The position numbers and the translations under genes are program-made. A stretch of 64,000 bases of DNA, taken from positions 38,129,990-38,193,989 of the forward strand of contig NC_052162.1 in the NCBI RefSeq assembly GCF_902713615.1, in the 5' to 3' direction. Below are positions 62,215-64,000 of this stretch, piece by piece. Under the pieces are notes generated by a model that saw nothing but the letters and a program-made list of their open reading frames with translations, ran no database searches and was not told the origin of the DNA. Within the stretch, counting starts at the first letter, position 1, and each line of letters opens with the position of its first letter. This DNA comes from Scyliorhinus canicula. Its lineage: Eukaryota.

Positions 62215-62866
62215 ATGGGCCCTGTATGACCCGGCTTCCAAAGGATTGGCAGAAAGGGCGTTTCAGATGTTCAAACAAGGGCAGAGAAAACAGACTTCAG
62301 GGTCAATGGACATGAGATGAGATTGGCCAGGTTCGTGTTCTGCTATTGGACCACTTCACATGCCGCGACAGGCTTAATTGCTAATTGGCTGAAGGTCTCA
62401 AATTCACCTCAGTCTGGCTTCCCCTGATATTGGCGAGAAAGAACTTTGCAGATGGCGCCTAGTGGATGTCCAGCACCATCCGCCACCAAACAGGGCCGGT
62501 ATCTTATCAGGTTCAGGCACAAAGTCACTTCATGAGAAAGCACCTCAATCATATAAGGTTCAGAAGACCTGTCTTATGAAAGATTCCACAAGAACCAAAA
62601 ATTACAGTCAAAAAGCAAATATGATGCCAGTTGCTAGAGCATTACCCCAAGCGGGTCAAGATGCCAAAATGAGGGAGGTCATAGATACAAATTCTGAAAT
62701 GGAAACCCAAACTCGGAGGTGTCCAATGGGGAGCAAACAGTGCAGTAGCCTCAAACAGTGCATCCACCACAACATTCTGAACGGAAACGGCATTCACGAT
62801 CCAGATATACACCACCAGGTCCAGCACCACGAGATTAGGAAGCACAGCCAATATGAGCTTCCCCAT

Positions 62867-64000
62867 TGTCATGTGAGAGTACCTTTAAGAAATGGTTATC
62901 ATAGAATTTACAGTGCAGAAGGAAGCCATTCGGCCCATCAAGTCTGCACCGGCTCCTGGAAAGAGCATCCTACCCAAGGTCAACATCTCCACCCTATCCC
63001 CATAACCCAGTAACCCCACCCAACACTAAGGGACATTTTGGACACTAAGGGCAATTTATCATGGCCAGTCCACCTAACCTGCACATCTTTGGACTGTAGG
63101 AGGAAACCGGAGCACCCGGAGGAAACCCATGCACACACGGGGAGGATGTGCAGACTCCGCACAGACAGTGACCCAAGCTGGAATCGAACCTGGGACCCTG
63201 GAGCTGTGAAGCAATTGTGCTCTCCACAATGCTACTGTGCTGCCCAGATGGATGTTTATAAATGGGTATGTATATAAATATCTGTAGTGAGAGTACCTTT
63301 AAGAAATGGGTGTTTATTACTGCAGTGAATGCAGAGAGTGGGTGGAGCTGGGTTGTCTGTCAGCTTTTTACTTTCATTTTAGGCTGTTTGCATTTCGTTT
63401 TCAGAGCTGAATAGCTGCAGTCACAGCCAGAAGGTGTATCAGAGTCTCTCTCTGTAATCTAAAGACTGTAAAGCGATCCTGGTTGTTTATAACTAATAAC
63501 AGTAGTGACTTTAACCTGATGTGCTTCTGGTAAAAGGTGTTTTAAGTCTTATGGATGTTAAAAGGAAAGCTTAAATGATTAATAGTGTTTTTTTGGGGCT
63601 TGTATTTGAATTAATGGTTGCTAAGATGCTCACTGTATGTTTTAAAAAGGTTTACTTGAGTTCATAGAATAAACATTGTTTTGCTTTAAAAAGTACTTTT
63701 CAATTTCTGCTGTACCACGCCTGTAGAGTGGGCCATCTGCTCCCCATACCACAATCTATTAAAAGTTGCGGGGCAGGTGAACTCCATGATACACTTTGGG
63801 GTTCTCTAAACCCTGGCCCATAACAAATTGGGGGCTCAAGGGGGATAAAAATATATCTATTGGATTGGCTTAGTGAACTTAAAGACAGTGAGGGGTGAGC
63901 ATATTGTGGGTGCTTTTCAGGTGTGGTATTTTAGTTTAAGTAGGGAGTGTGTTGTGGAAGATGGCTCTTTCAGAGGCTGTGAAGTTTCAGGGGGTGGAGA
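62867..64000 (+). mobile_element. 5' LTR, PBS and start of the internal region of a Gypsy-type element
   Basis: LTR TGTCATG...ATAACA at 62867-63825; TGGGGGCTCAAGGGGGAT at 63829-63846 (14/18 match to the tRNA-Pro PBS); ATG at 63961 (MALSEAVKF). Confidence 0.8.
62898..63245 (-). mobile_element. Young V-SINE subfamily copy inside the LTR
   Basis: Near-identical to 4100-4447. Confidence 0.92.

Larger units (their letters stand above)
58201..62866 (+). mobile_element. Degraded Mag-like Gypsy retrotransposon with the RT core missing
   Basis: LTR about 58201-58440; PBS-like TGGCGAC at 58442; gag EDWTQYAE...HFNPKP; LRSFLGLVNYY; RNase H EKE.LAV...TDHK; integrase DF.GPF...IDAHSKW, GLAER. Confidence 0.85.

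Overview
Eukaryotic, repeat-dominated DNA, almost certainly from a shark or other elasmobranch: it carries HE1-type V-SINEs and HER1/CR1 LINEs. I find no intact host protein-coding gene, rRNA, functional tRNA or CRISPR array. Most of the window is transposable elements: a full-length but decayed Gypsy LTR retrotransposon (9840-14648), a degraded Mag-like Gypsy (about 58201-62866), the 5' end of another LTR element (62867 to the window end), five solo LTRs, CR1/Rex/Tx1/Penelope fragments, about 20 SINEs and GC-rich TIR MITEs. Two signals stand out. (1) The unique DNA between the repeats reads as dense, intronless, stop- and frameshift-riddled coding fossils on both strands across about 54 kb, including a tentative AEP/UL52-type primase relic; this may be an ancient endogenous large DNA virus. 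(2) The full-length Gypsy has no tRNA primer-binding site; instead a perfect 15-nt complement of its own LTR sits there (candidate self-priming), and its RT has a YLDN active site. All translations and alignments were done by eye, repeat boundaries are approximate unless a TSD is given, and no database search was run.
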